64,000 nt of DNA from Alphaproteobacteria bacterium. Its GTDB lineage: Bacteria > Pseudomonadota > Alphaproteobacteria > UBA828. The first letter of the stretch is position 1. Every line of letters begins with the position of its first letter. The DNA lies in contig OZ243972.1 of assembly GCA_965214705.1 (NCBI GenBank), positions 480,001-544,000 of the forward strand, in the 5' to 3' direction. A program made the translations under genes and the position numbers. The notes below the pieces were generated by a model. It was not told the DNA's origin and made no database searches. It saw only the letters and a program-made list of their open reading frames with translations. This document shows positions 31,638 to 42,765 of this stretch, in pieces.

Positions 31638-31929
31638 GTGTGCTGGGCAGCGCCCAGATCAGGTGGGTTCAAGTCCCACTGGCGCTCGGGTAAGGGGCGC
31701 CATATCCAAAAGTGGGGGTAATTCGTCACTGGCCGGAGTGAGCCGATAAGCGAAACTCTAAACGGGCACGAAGCCGGAAACGGCGGAGACAGCCAAGGGA
31801 GGAGCTAAGTTGGTCCACTGTCGAAAGACAACCGGAAGGCAGGGTGTCCACCGCGAGGTGGAATCTGAAGGGCTTGCGGAGAAGTACCGGGCCGTAATCG
31901 AGGGGGCCACCCCATGATGAATCGGTCGG
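31638..31929 (+). ncRNA. Second group II intron 5' fragment (class C-like) nested in the first
   Basis: GTGTG start followed by CTGGGC/GCCCAG and GTGGG/CCCAC stems; GGGTGTCCACCGCGAGGTGGAATCTGAAGG resembles IIC domain I. Confidence 0.6.
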
Positions 31930-32152
31930 TGCGGCGCGACAAACAAGATGAGACAGCAGCGTCAATCAGGATGAGACGGGGGAGATCGGCGGCCAGGAAT
32001 GTAGGGAGGGCGTAGCCCGACCGGAGTTCCTGGCCGCCGAAAAAAATCTTCCGAGGCCTCCTGGCATGGCGGCCGGTCGGGCAACGCTTGTGCTTTCCCG
32101 AGTCGAAGGAGAGCGCAGGGGTGCCCGGCCGCCACGTCACCGATTGCCAGAA
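31930..32152 (-). mobile_element. IS21-family-like terminal remnant
   Basis: TG end with repeated GACAAACAAGATGAGAC / GTCAATCAGGATGAGAC; 14-bp inverted repeat at 31986-31999 and 32027-32040. Confidence 0.55.
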
Positions 32153-34248
32153 CCCATCTTTGCCACTTTTCGGTCCCGAAGGCCTGATTTTGGGTAGCCT
32201 TTGGGATCTAAGGCACTGATTTTGTTGGATTGTGTTTTGGGAAGTCCATTGTAGTGCCATAATCTTTGGTCTGTGGGCCGGCGCTCCTTGACAGTCCGCA
32301 AACTGTCCGTGACCCTGCCGCCATGTTCATTCGCAAAACCCTCACCGGTCGCGGAGACGGTGGCGAGCGCTATGCCACCTACCGCCTCGTGCGCAGCGAA
32401 CGCATCGGCGGAAGGGTGCGCCAGGTCACGCTCCTCAATCTCGGCGCCGACTTCGGTGTGCCCGAGGAGCAATGGCGCGAATTGGCGCTTCTGATCGAAA
32501 CCCTTCTCGCCGGCAGCGAGCCGCTGCTGGAGCCGGATGCCGCCTTGCGCCCCGTCGCCGAGGACGTCGTACGGCGGCTTCACGCCCGCGATCTCGGCGC
32601 GTCGCGGCCCGGGGACGAGAGCGACCTGGCCACGGTCCGTCTCGATAGCCTCTCCCACGAACAGGTCCGCTCGGTGGGCTGCGAGCGCCTGGCTCTCGCC
32701 GCGCTTGACGACCTTCGCTTCATCGAGACGCTGGAGAGGCTGGGCGCAAGTGAGCGCGACGCACGCATCGCGGCGGCACTGGTGGTCGCGCGCATGATCC
32801 ATCCCTCCAGCGAGCGCGAGGCCTTCCGCTGGCTGAGCGCGAACAGCGCGACCCTGGAGTTGCTCGATGTCGACAGCGGCAAGTCGCTCACGCTCAGCAA
32901 GCTCTACCGCATCGGCGACCTCTTGTGGCGTCACCGCGCGGCGCTTGAAGAGGCGCTGTGCGCCCGGGAGCGCGATCTCTTCGGCATCCCCGACACCATC
33001 GTCTTCTTCGACCTGACCAACACCCATATGACCGGACGGCCCAGCTCCGCGCTGGCCCGCTTCGGGCGCTCGAAGCAGAGGCGTGACGATTGTCCGATCG
33101 TGACCCTGGCCCTGTCGCTGAACCAGGCCGGCTTTCCGCAGCACAGCGAGATCCTGCCCGGCAACATCTCCGAGCCGGCCACTCTCGCCGACGCCATCGG
33201 GCGGCTGGAATGCCAAGCGCGCGGCAGCAACGCCCCCAGGCCCACGGTCATCATGGACGCCGGCATCTCCACCGAGGCCAACCTCGCCTGGCTGCGGGCG
33301 GGCGGCTATCACTGGATCACCGTTCGCCGCGGCGTCTCGGCGCCGCCCGGGCGCGAAGCCGATGCCGCCTTCGAAACCCGGGCCGGCCACGATGCCCGCG
33401 CCTGGCGTCTCGCGGCAGGGGACGACGAAGCGCACCTGTGCGTCTGGAGCCATGAGCGCCAGCAGAAGGACGAGGCCGTGCTCGCCCGTCAGCGTCACAA
33501 CTTCGAGGACGCCCTGCGCGCCCTGCATGGCGGGCTGTCGAAGAAGAACCACATCAAGCAGTTCACCAAGGTGATGGAGAAGCTGGGCCGGCTGAAGGAA
33601 AGGTACAGGCGCGTCCACCGTCAGTACGACATCGAGGTCGAGTCCGGAGAGAAGGGGCGGGCCAGTGCGGTCCGCTGGAGGCGCAACGCTCTCCATGCCG
33701 AGCGCGACCGCCAAGCGGGCATCTATGTGCTGCGCACCAGCCACGTCGAGTGGGATCTTGAAACCGTGGTCCGAACCTACTGGAAGCTCACAGAGCTCGA
33801 GGCCACCTTCCGCAGCCTGAAATCCGAAATCGGCCTGCGCCCGGTCTGGCACTCCAAGACCTCGCGCATCGCCGCCCACCTGTTCATCGCCGTCCTCGCC
33901 TACCACGCGGTTCATCTGCTGCGAACCCGTCTGGCGGCGCACGGCTTGCATGACCGCTGGAGTACGATCCGCGACAAGCTCGCGGGCTGGGTGCGTCTCA
34001 CCTCCACCATCCGGGAGGTGGACGGAAACCGCATCGTCATCCGCCAGGATGCTCAACCCGACGCCGAGGCGCGCGTCATCGCGCAGGCGGCGGGCCTCAC
34101 GGTGGATCCCCACAGGCGCCGGGCGGTGCTCCCGGGAGTGTCGCGATGAGCGCACAAACGTAGTGCCATAATCCCAGATGGGCCAGAAAATCAGCCCATC
34201 ATCGCAACTACTTAGGTCGCAGGCGCGCGCCAAAATGGCAAAGATGGG
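32153..34248 (+). mobile_element. IS1634-family insertion sequence
   Basis: IRs CCCATCTTTGCCA(C/T)TTT; subterminal direct repeat GTAGTGCCATAATC at 32251 and 34160; no target duplication. Confidence 0.85.
32323..34149 (+). CDS. IS1634-family transposase (608 aa)
   Basis: MFIRKT...YRLVRSERIGGRVRQVTLLNLG; FFDLTNT, GRSKQRR, VIMDAGI, EATFRSLKS...RPVWH. Confidence 0.92.
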   Translation: MFIRKTLTGRGDGGERYATYRLVRSERIGGRVRQVTLLNLGADFGVPEEQWRELALLIETLLAGSEPLLEPDAALRPVAEDVVRRLHARDLGASRPGDESDLATVRLDSLSHEQVRSVGCERLALAALDDLRFIETLERLGASERDARIAAALVVARMIHPSSEREAFRWLSANSATLELLDVDSGKSLTLSKLYRIGDLLWRHRAALEEALCARERDLFGIPDTIVFFDLTNTHMTGRPSSALARFGRSKQRRDDCPIVTLALSLNQAGFPQHSEILPGNISEPATLADAIGRLECQARGSNAPRPTVIMDAGISTEANLAWLRAGGYHWITVRRGVSAPPGREADAAFETRAGHDARAWRLAAGDDEAHLCVWSHERQQKDEAVLARQRHNFEDALRALHGGLSKKNHIKQFTKVMEKLGRLKERYRRVHRQYDIEVESGEKGRASAVRWRRNALHAERDRQAGIYVLRTSHVEWDLETVVRTYWKLTELEATFRSLKSEIGLRPVWHSKTSRIAAHLFIAVLAYHAVHLLRTRLAAHGLHDRWSTIRDKLAGWVRLTSTIREVDGNRIVIRQDAQPDAEARVIAQAAGLTVDPHRRRAVLPGVSR

Positions 34249-34464
34249 TTGAGATCGCGGTCGCGCACGTCGTAGGCGGACTTGCGGGGCTTGAGCGCAT
34301 CGACCCGGCGCTCGCTGAGGCGAAGCGTCGCCATTGACATTCCTCCTGCGTTCCGTTGCAGCCGGGGCGAAATCGGGGATCGATTCCGTGTTCTCCGGCT
34401 AAATCAGGAGAAAAAAAGCAACGCTGTGTCAGCATGTTAGCACCGTAGGTGCGCCGTCAGGTGT
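34249..34464 (-). pseudogene. 5' stub of a paralogous integrase plus its terminal leader (copy B)
   Basis: MSMATLRLSERRVDALKPRKSAYDVRDRDL (34249-34340) aligns with the 25727 integrase N-terminus; cut by IS1634. Confidence 0.8.
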
Positions 34465-34905
34465 GCAGTGCCCCATCATCATCAGCCCGAGCTGCTCAGC
34501 TGGCGGCGTCAGGTAGTCCCCGTTGAGACCTAGGCTCTCGTCCACCGGCACCAACGACGCGCAGCTCGCGCCGTTGGGCTAGCGAGCACGCTGATAGGTC
34601 ACAGGACCGAGCGTCGTCATGATCGTCTTCGGAGCCGCCGCCACCCGAAACCAGCTCTGTCCGTAACGCCCGATGCGGCTTGCACAGCCGTCCCGGCTCT
34701 CGGCATAGGATCCAAGGAGCTTGCAGCCCAGCCCGTTCATCCCGTCTCGCAGCCCCGTCGCAACCGTCCCGAACGCCTCAGCAGGCAGGTTCGACGCTGC
34801 CTGTTCGCGACAGAACGCCACCACCTGGGCGACCGCATCGGCCACTTCGGCAGGCAGGTCAGAAATATCGAGAGACGGGCGGGTGAGAGAATGCGTCACT
34901 GCCAT
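34465..34905 (-). pseudogene. ISKra4/ISLre2-like transposase N-terminal remnant
   Basis: TIMTTLGPVTYQRAR*...SLVPVDESLGL...LMMMGHCT; ends at the integrase leader. Confidence 0.55.
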
Positions 34906-35293
34906 GGGGACGCTCATAGTACCAAGTAATGTTGGGTTTTGGCGAGGCATCCTACCATATCTTGCGCTTCGGAGAGTTCCCACACACCACCGCTGGATGC
35001 CGTCGTGATAAAATTGAGCCCTATTGTCACGAAAGCCCGGATTTGGCTGTCCACAGACAACACTCAATCCAACCTACTCACTGACTTCCAAACTCCATGT
35101 CAGACCTACACCCCGCGCAAACCTTTCATACACGTTGACATCACCATTTGTTTCCTCCAACGTACTCAAACTACACATTTCCGTAAAACCTTCCCTGCTA
35201 ACGTCCCTGATGGCCAAACCAAGCGCAAACCAAGAACAACAGCTCGATCACTCAACACTTTGCGCGCGATCTGAATTTCAAGGAGATGACGCC

Positions 35294-38153
35294 GTGGATC
35301 ACGTCCTTGCGAAACTCGATGAGGAAAAGAGAATTCGACAAAGTTTGGGGGAACAGCGGGCTTATGCTGAATACTGTCGCATCGAAGTAGAATATGCCCT
35401 ATCTTTCGTGTTAGGATATTTATGGAACAAGAATATTTTTGACACCAACCCCCTTGATGATGACGATTGCGAAACAATTTTTAACAATATCACACGCCCA
35501 AGCATTGGTACTATTGTTGACATTTGCAGAAGGCTCGATCTACGATGAGAAATATTTGGTAAGCCCATCGAACGGACTGCTACCAAATATGCTGAAATAC
35601 GCAATAAATTCTTTGGACACGGGTTCCTGCATGACGACAAACTGGAGGATGTCCTGTCGTACTTGAATACTATTCAAGCCGGCCTTATTGGCGATAATAG
35701 TATACTGGCACGGCCAATCGACCTTGTGCAACCGATGACTATAGAGTCGAATACCGCATATGGAATTCGCTATTGTCCGAATATGAAAAGAGAACAATGG
35801 CAATGTTCACTCGACGTATGCAACTTCTTGAAGGGTAATGTATATGCGATGTTTGGCACCAACGAATATGTCCGCCTATCGCCCTTTATACATATTCAAG
35901 ACGGAGAGTTTTACGTCTACAAGTCCGTGACGGATCTGATTACCGGAAGAACAATATACAACAAGCTCTTTCATACAGGTACGACGGTAACGCATTGGCC
36001 AGATTTTACCAAAGATAGGACAAATGATGGCGTGCGCAGAACAAGTCAAAATGGAACGGTACTTAATGTTTACCAAGAAAATTCTCGACGATATATTGAT
36101 ATGGGCTTTAAAAAGGTCATTAGAAATTTTTTGATTGATGATCGGTCCTCCGTGTGTGCTATTGTGTGGGGGCATGGAGGAGTAGGAAAAACGGCAACGG
36201 TTCAAAGTGTATGTAAGGATCTTTCCTTGGCAGAGAAATGTTTCGATTATAAGGCTTATCCCTCTGGCTCCGGTTCCCCAACATGTTGTACCGGCCACCT
36301 CGGCGGCGGTATCCGACACGGTCGCAGTTCCTTCCGTGTCTCAATGGGTTGCCCGTAAAGTGCCCAGCGATCCGGCACCCCACATATGGAGAAGCCGGAT
36401 GTAAGGGGATAAGCCTTTCGATTATATCGTATTTGCTTCCGCAAAAGATCGAGCTTTCAGCTACCTTTTGGGAGACATATCTACAATCAATGATCCAATT
36501 GAATCCTACGAAAATCTGATAGAGTGCATAAACTCAACGATACGTGCGGAAGAGACCCAAGGCACGGATCAGATTAGGAGCTTTGAGGGAAGAATACTAA
36601 TTGTCGTTGACGACTACGAAACATTTTCACCAGAAGATCGGCATCATATCCAGGCGTTCATTAGCGAGTTGGACACAAGCAAACACAAGGTAATTATTAC
36701 GACTCGGGCAGCTGCCATTACGACGGGCGTACGAATTAACACTCGAGAGTTGGAGCTTGGAGAGACGATTAGGTTTCTAGAAGAGGTTTTAAAGCTCGAC
36801 GAATTCGCCGGACGGGGAATAGGAAGCTCAATTGATCTAAAGGTTCCCGAGGTGCGGAGAAAAGTTTATGAGATAACAAGTGGAAGGCCATTGTTTATTT
36901 TTCAGTTCGCTCACACTCTAGCTCAGGCGGGAATGGAAAGCGCGTTAGCACAGGATTTTAAGAATCAGGAAGAAGCCAGAGAATTTTTGTACGGAAGAAT
37001 ATTTGAGTACCTGTCTCCTGAGGCCCACCTCATATTTTGCGCTGCGGGTCAACTCGTTTCTGAAAAGGACTTGACGAATCTTCTTAGTAAATTGCGATAT
37101 GTGGTGAATATGGATGGGAATGAAGAGGGTTTTCGAAATTGTATTCGTGAACTTCTCGATTTGAGAATCATTGAGGTGGTACACGAGGAGTTCTTTAGTG
37201 TTTACTCAGTTGAGATATTGGGCATAATGAAGAAGCGGTTTTTGGATATTCATGCGTCAAAGAAGGGTGATATCATTCACAGGGTGCAGCAAGTCAAACC
37301 TGACAAGGCTCAGGATGTTGAACAAGCATTGCTGCGACGTGCAGATGAAGCCCGAACAACGAATAGTCCGCAGGATGTTGAAGCCATGTACAGAGAGATA
37401 TTGAATCGTTCGCGTAGTCCGAAGGACATTCGATCTAAGGCGCTTCGAAATCTGGCCAGCTATTTCTGGTCTGAGAGAGACAATAAAGAGCGGGCAATTG
37501 AGTTGCTTGAGCAACACATTCATATGGAGGAGTTCCGTTACGAGCCGGAGTTAGCTAAGCTGTTGGCAAATCTACATTGGCAATGCAGGAATGGAGATAA
37601 AGCGATCGAAGTGTTGTACCAATATTTTGGTCCAAATATATGGGAAAGAGATGGCCGTGAGAGTAGCATGGAGTTGTTGGGGCTTTGGCTTATGTTTCGT
37701 TCGAAGCTGATAGTGGAGCGAAGCGAAAATATTGAGGCTAGGAGTAGGACAGAAAACTGGGATGAGCAAAGATATCACGGTCAATGCAAAAACGTGTTTC
37801 AAGATTTCCGAACCCTTTTCAATCGTTTCGGCCGTCCGTTATTTCATAGGGTTAGACAGAGTGGTCTAAAGGAGCTCGCCCCAGGTGAGCACCATAACAT
37901 TATAACGGGACTCTATCATTTTAGCGGCGCTTGTTTAAGGTTTGAGGAAAGCGACTTGGCCATGGAGATTTGTGACTTTGCACTAAGGAACGGTAAAACG
38001 GGTACGATGACGCAGGAATTTCAAAGAAGAAGGAAGCTTGCCAGACAAGGCTTCAAGCCAAGCAGACGGGAAGGTGGTAGGGTTCCTCGCCTTAAAGGGC
38101 CGACGGCGATGTCAGAGGCCTTTGATAGGGCAGGACGCGGGCGAAGTCCCTGA
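35294..38153 (+). pseudogene. HEPN-like + STAND (NB-ARC) NTPase + TPR-like protein (~894 aa reconstructed), disrupted
   Basis: AGGAG RBS then GTG; in-frame TGA 35546-35548; RNKFFGH; GHGGVGKT; removing the MITE restores FDYIVFASAKDR in frame; ILIVVDDYE, IITTR, GRPL; low GC. Confidence 0.8.
36251..36417. mobile_element. 167-bp MITE (IS1595/ISSod11-like ends)
   Basis: TIR AAGGCTTATCCC/GGGATAAGCCTT; 8-bp duplication TCGATTAT at 36243-36250 and 36418-36425 (register ambiguous by 1-2 bp). Confidence 0.88.
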
Positions 38154-38449
38154 GGTGCGACGCGGCCTTAGGAATGCGTTTTGGCGCTGTAGGGGTGCGC
38201 AGTGATAGAAGGGATAGCTGCTAAGGGTAGTTGTTTGTCATTTGAAGGCACGGTGGTGGCGTGGTCGACAGATTCAGCTGCGTGGGAGAAAGCTACGGCA
38301 AATGCGTCCCCCTACTGGAAGTCGAGCCGCAGTAGAGCACCGCGAATCCAGTCGCCTCAATCCATGGAAGGGTTGGCGGCCGATGATCAGACGCAGGCTC
38401 TAATCATGACTGCGAACTCAAAGAGGCCATTCTGGAGAAACTTGCCCTA

Positions 38450-38620
38450 ATGTCGAGGAACTCAAGTGCGGGGAGCGTTACATTGGTCGTCGAGGGCTTA
38501 GGGTCGCGCACAATACCGGACAGAAGCCACGCACGCACCCGGTCGGCTTCGAGATCGTCCGGCGAAGCGTTTAGAGCTTGGTCAGATGCTAGAATTCGCA
38601 GTTGTAGATGATCTGCGTGG
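38450..38620 (-). pseudogene. Integrase N-terminal SAM-like fragment
   Basis: SPDDLEADRVRAWLLSGIVRDPKPSTTNVTLPALEFL. Confidence 0.5.
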
Positions 38621-39076
38621 TCTCGGACAGATTGGCAATGCCCATCTGGTCCATCATCCGCTGGCTGAAAGGCGTCCCCTTTGTCGCGTCGGCTGTGTTG
38701 TCGGTCATGATGGATCACCGCCGTCGCAGGCGAGAGCGGCACCGGCGAGCTGGTCACCAGCTTCGAGCGCGACTACGTCTCGTTCGACCACGCTGGCGGA
38801 ACGGTCACGGGCGGCACCTTGCGAGATACGACGACCGTCACCGGGAGCAGCGGCGGTCCGTTCGCGGTGGGCGAAAGCAGCCTCGTGGTGTGCCTCGCCT
38901 ACGTGACGAAGACGGATGCCGGCATGGACCTCGAAGCGCCTTGCACGAACACGGACGCGTCGGGCGACACATCGTTCTGGAGGGCAAGGAGGACTGCGGG
39001 CGATACCGAGGCCGGCGGCGAGGAGCTGCGCGGGAGCTGCTTGGGGGCACCGGCAAGTATGCCGGCTTGAGCGGCG

Positions 39077-39610
39077 GTGTCGCGAATCGAAGCGGCGAAC
39101 TACCAGGCGATGCTGACGTCGCATCTCGGCTTCTCGGTCAGGCGGGGCTATGTGGCGCTCGACGCCCGCGTGTCGGGGCGCACTTGGCGCTTCGTGAACA
39201 CGCACCTGGAAGCGTTTTCGGGCGAGGTTCGGCAAGCGCAGGCACGGGAGCTGCTCGCGGCTCTCGCAGGCGAGGCCCTCCCCCTGATCCTGTCGGGAGA
39301 CTTCAATTCCGACGCGGGCGCGCCGCAGGGCGATCCTTCCAGGACGGTCTACGACCTGCTGACGTCGCAGGGATACGAGGATGCCTGGCAGAACGGCGCC
39401 GGGACCGAGGCGACGTGCTGCCAGGCCTCCGATCTTCGCAATGCGGAGAGCGGCCTGTCGGTGCGGATTGACCACATCTTCATTCGCAATGCCGGCGGGT
39501 CGTCCGTCATTGCAGCGGGCACCGTCGGCGACCGGCCCTCCGATCGCCTTGCGTCGGGCCTCTGGCCTTCGGACCACGCCGGGGTAATCGTTTCGCTTGG
39601 CAACCCGTAG
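39077..39610 (+). pseudogene. Endonuclease/exonuclease/phosphatase-family C-terminal fragment
   Basis: FVNTHLE, SGDFNS, RIDHIF, PSDH present; N-terminal half missing. Confidence 0.7.
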
Positions 39611-40546
39611 ATGGTGCCCGGAACGGGCAAGCTTGGCGAAGAGGCAGGGGCAGGGCCACCGGCCCGGTCCCACCGACGACGAAGGCGAGCGCTTGATAGC
39701 CAAATTCTACCGGCTGCCAGACAAGGGATTGGAGGGGCCGGGGCGCAGCGCAATGGTTGCGCTGGTGCGTGGCATCTCCTGGCGGCAGCGCACCGGTGGC
39801 CTCCATTCCGGGCCGCCGTGGAAGGTGAGGCAGTGCCGCGCCGCAGGCCGGTGCCACCCGCGAGGAACCGGCTGCGTCGATCGCGCGGACTCTGCTCTGT
39901 TGGGGCGGACTTCGGCAAGTTTGCAGACATCTGGAAAATGCCGCGCAGGCAACTCCACCCATTGAATTGCGGAGCTGGCACGCGGGCGCCATCGGAATCG
40001 CGGCAACGATAGCGCCCGTCGGGCCTTGGCAGCATTGGGCTGGCGCCCGCCACAAGTTCTGTAATTCGAAAGTCATTATCGAATTTCGAGAGTGCTGAGG
40101 CGACGAGGGTACGCGGGAGTTCGACTTGAGGTGGTACCTATGTGGTATCTAAATTCTAGGGCAGAAACTGCATGAGGAAGCAGACGGGAACCTAACATAT
40201 TATTATACATCATAAAATGCGATTATCTTACGCCGCCTTGAATGGTGAGGCACGTCGCGTCAGATACAATGGTGCGGTGCACGGCGCGCGGCGGGTGCGC
40301 CATCATCGCGCCATGACGTGCAAGAACGGACATGTCGCGACAGGCGGGATGAGCGTACGCGCCAGACGCCTATTCCGCGCGCTCGATCCTTCTTTCGCGC
40401 GCGGGACCTTACAGGCCCGCGCGACAATCCGCGCCGTCGCCACCGCAATCGGCCGTGGCTGCGGATCGAGAGAGGCCGCCTTGGGCCACTTTGGGCCGCT
40501 TTGGGCCGGAGTAGGCCGCCTAAAGAAACATTTTCCGGGTAACGAC

Positions 40547-41857
40547 TCAGAGGATGAACTTGCTGAGGTCGGCGTCCTTGGCGAGGTCGCCCACATGGGC
40601 CTCGACGTAGGTCGCATCGATGGTGATGGTCTCGCCGGAGCGGTCGGCGGCCTCGAAGCTGATGTCCTCCAGCAGCTTCTCCATCACCGTGTGCAGCCTG
40701 CGCGCGCCGATGTTCTCGACCGCGCGGTTGACCTCGGCGGCGAGGTCCGAGAGCGCGTCGATGGCGCAGTCGCTGAAGTCGAGCGTCACGTTCTCGGTCT
40801 GCATCAGCGCGCGGTACTGGCGGATCAGGCTGTTCTCGGGCTCGGTCAGGATCTTCTTCAGGTCATCGCGGGCGAGCGAATTAAGCTCCACCCGGATCGG
40901 CAACCGGCCCTGGAGCTCGGGCAGCAGGTCCGCAGGCTTCGCAAGGTGGAAGGCGCCGGAGGCGATGAAGAGGATGTGGTCGGTTGTGAGCGCGCCGTGC
41001 TTGGTGGTGACCGTGGTGCCTTCGATCAGCGGCAGCAGGTCGCGCTGCACGCCCTCGCGACTCACGTCGGCGCCGAGGCGGTCGGAGCGGGCGCAGATCT
41101 TGTCGATCTCGTCGATGAAGACGATGCCGTCGTTCTGGGCGTTCTCCAGCGCGTTGCGCACGACCACGTCCTGATCCAACAGCCGGTCGCTCTCCTCCGC
41201 CATCAGGGTGTCGTAGGAGTCCTCCACGCTCATGCGCTTGATCTTCTTCTGCTCGCCGAACGCCTTGCCGAGCATGTCGCCGAGATTGACCATGCCCATC
41301 TGGGCGCCGGGCATGCCGGGGATATCGAAGGTCGGCAGCGACGAGGCGGCGGACTCGCTCACCTCGATGTCCACCTCCTTCTCGGCGAGCGAGCCGTCGC
41401 GCAGCATCTTGCGGAACTTGCCGCGGGTCTCCTTGGTCGCGTTCTTGCCGACGAGCGCGTCGAGCACCCGCTCCTCGGCGTTGAGCTCGGCTTTGGCCGC
41501 CACCTCTTTGCGCATGCGCTCGCGGGTCATGTGGATCGAGACCTCGACCAGGTCGCGCACGATCTGCTCCACGTCGCGGCCGACGTAGCCGACCTCGGTG
41601 AACTTGGTCGCCTCGACCTTGATGAAAGGCGCCTGCGCGAGGCGGGCGAGGCGGCGCGCGATCTCGGTCTTGCCGACGCCGGTGGGGCCGATCATCAGGA
41701 TGTTCTTGGGCAGCACCTCCTCGCGCAGGTCGTCCGCCAGCTGCTGGCGCCGCCAGCGGTTGCGAAGCGCGATGGCGACGGAGCGCTTGGCGTCGTCCTG
41801 GCCGATGATAAAGCGGTCGAGCTCGGAGACGATCTCGCGGGGGCTGAAGCCGGTCAT
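40547..41857 (-). CDS. hslU: ATP-dependent protease ATPase subunit HslU
   Basis: [45 protein letters not shown]. Confidence 0.98.
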   Translation of the reverse strand: MTGFSPREIVSELDRFIIGQDDAKRSVAIALRNRWRRQQLADDLREEVLPKNILMIGPTGVGKTEIARRLARLAQAPFIKVEATKFTEVGYVGRDVEQIVRDLVEVSIHMTRERMRKEVAAKAELNAEERVLDALVGKNATKETRGKFRKMLRDGSLAEKEVDIEVSESAASSLPTFDIPGMPGAQMGMVNLGDMLGKAFGEQKKIKRMSVEDSYDTLMAEESDRLLDQDVVVRNALENAQNDGIVFIDEIDKICARSDRLGADVSREGVQRDLLPLIEGTTVTTKHGALTTDHILFIASGAFHLAKPADLLPELQGRLPIRVELNSLARDDLKKILTEPENSLIRQYRALMQTENVTLDFSDCAIDALSDLAAEVNRAVENIGARRLHTVMEKLLEDISFEAADRSGETITIDATYVEAHVGDLAKDADLSKFIL

Positions 41858-42417
41858 GACTCGATCTTCTCCAACACGATCTCGGTGTTGGTGTAGATGC
41901 AGATGTCGGCGGCGATGGCCATGGCGCGGCGCGCGACCTCCTCGGCGTCGATGCCTTCGATGTCGAGCAGCGCCCGCGCCGCTGCCAGCGCGTAAGACCC
42001 GCCAGAGCCGATGCCGATCAGCCCATCCGCCGGCTCCAGCACGTCGCCGGTGCCGGTGAGCACCAGCGAGACCTCGCTGTCGGCCACCGCCATCATCGCC
42101 TCCAGCCGACGCAGATAGCGGTCGGTGCGCCAGTCCTTGGCGAGCTCAACACAGGCGCGGGTGAGCTGGCCCGGGTGCTGCTCCAGCTTGCCCTCCAGCC
42201 GCTCGAAGAGGGTGAAGGCATCGGCCGTGGCACCGGCGAAGCCCGCGATGATGCCGCCCTCGCCGAGGCGCCGGACCTTGCGGGCGTTGGCCTTGATGAC
42301 CGTCTGCCCGAGAGTGACCTGGCCGTCGCCGGCGACGACCACCATGTCCCCCTTGCGGACGGAAAGGATCGTCGTCCCGTGCCACACCGGCCCGCCCCGC
42401 CGCTCTTCCTCGGTCAT
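41854..42417 (-). CDS. hslV: ATP-dependent protease subunit HslV
   Basis: [29 protein letters not shown]. Confidence 0.97.
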   Translation of the reverse strand: MTEEERRGGPVWHGTTILSVRKGDMVVVAGDGQVTLGQTVIKANARKVRRLGEGGIIAGFAGATADAFTLFERLEGKLEQHPGQLTRACVELAKDWRTDRYLRRLEAMMAVADSEVSLVLTGTGDVLEPADGLIGIGSGGSYALAAARALLDIEGIDAEEVARRAMAIAADICIYTNTEIVLEKIES

Positions 42418-42559
42418 GGTCCCCTGCCTCGCCCGCCTCGCTCGCACCATGTGGGCATTCCCCGCGTACGGTCAAGGGCCGGGGGGAGCGGCGCCGGCGC
42501 GGCCCCGCCGGCCTTGCCAATGCCGCGCGCGCGGTGCTAAGCCCGAGCGTTGGCGGCAC

Positions 42560-42634
42560 GGGCGCTTAGCTCAGGGGGAGAGCGCTTGCTTGACATGCAA
42601 GAGGTCGCTGGTTCAAATCCAGCAGCGCCCACCA
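42560..42634 (+). tRNA. tRNA-Val (GAC)
   Basis: GGGCGCT/AGCGCCC acceptor stem + ACCA; anticodon stem CTTGC/GCAAG with loop TTGACAT; GGTTCAAATCC T-arm. Confidence 0.97.
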
Positions 42635-42765
42635 GGCCGCAACGACCGGCCGCGAGCACAGGCTGAACGGCGGGAGCAGGGCGCCCCGCTCCCGCCTCGT
42701 ATCCCCATGCCAGCCGCCCCACTGAAGCCGAGCGCGCGACCGGTGACGCTGCACGAGCCAGAGCG

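Noticed and set aside
31986-32046. Rho-independent terminator
   Set aside because: The hairpin is followed by an A-run, so neither strand has a 3' U-tract; more likely an IS-internal palindrome.
35546-35548. Programmed readthrough or selenocysteine at the in-frame TGA
   Set aside because: No evident SECIS-like hairpin, and the gene is independently broken by a MITE; a nonsense mutation is simpler.
38705-39075. Intact small gene upstream of the EEP fragment
   Set aside because: The protein-like stretch appears frameshifted and cannot be assigned.
40189-40232. Chromosomal dif site
   Set aside because: Partial arm-like words (TAATCGCAT, TATGTTAG on the minus strand) do not fit the 11-6-11 spacing.
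40240-40500. tRNA, tmRNA or 6S RNA ending in CCTCACCA
   Set aside because: No T-arm or recognisable fold by eye.
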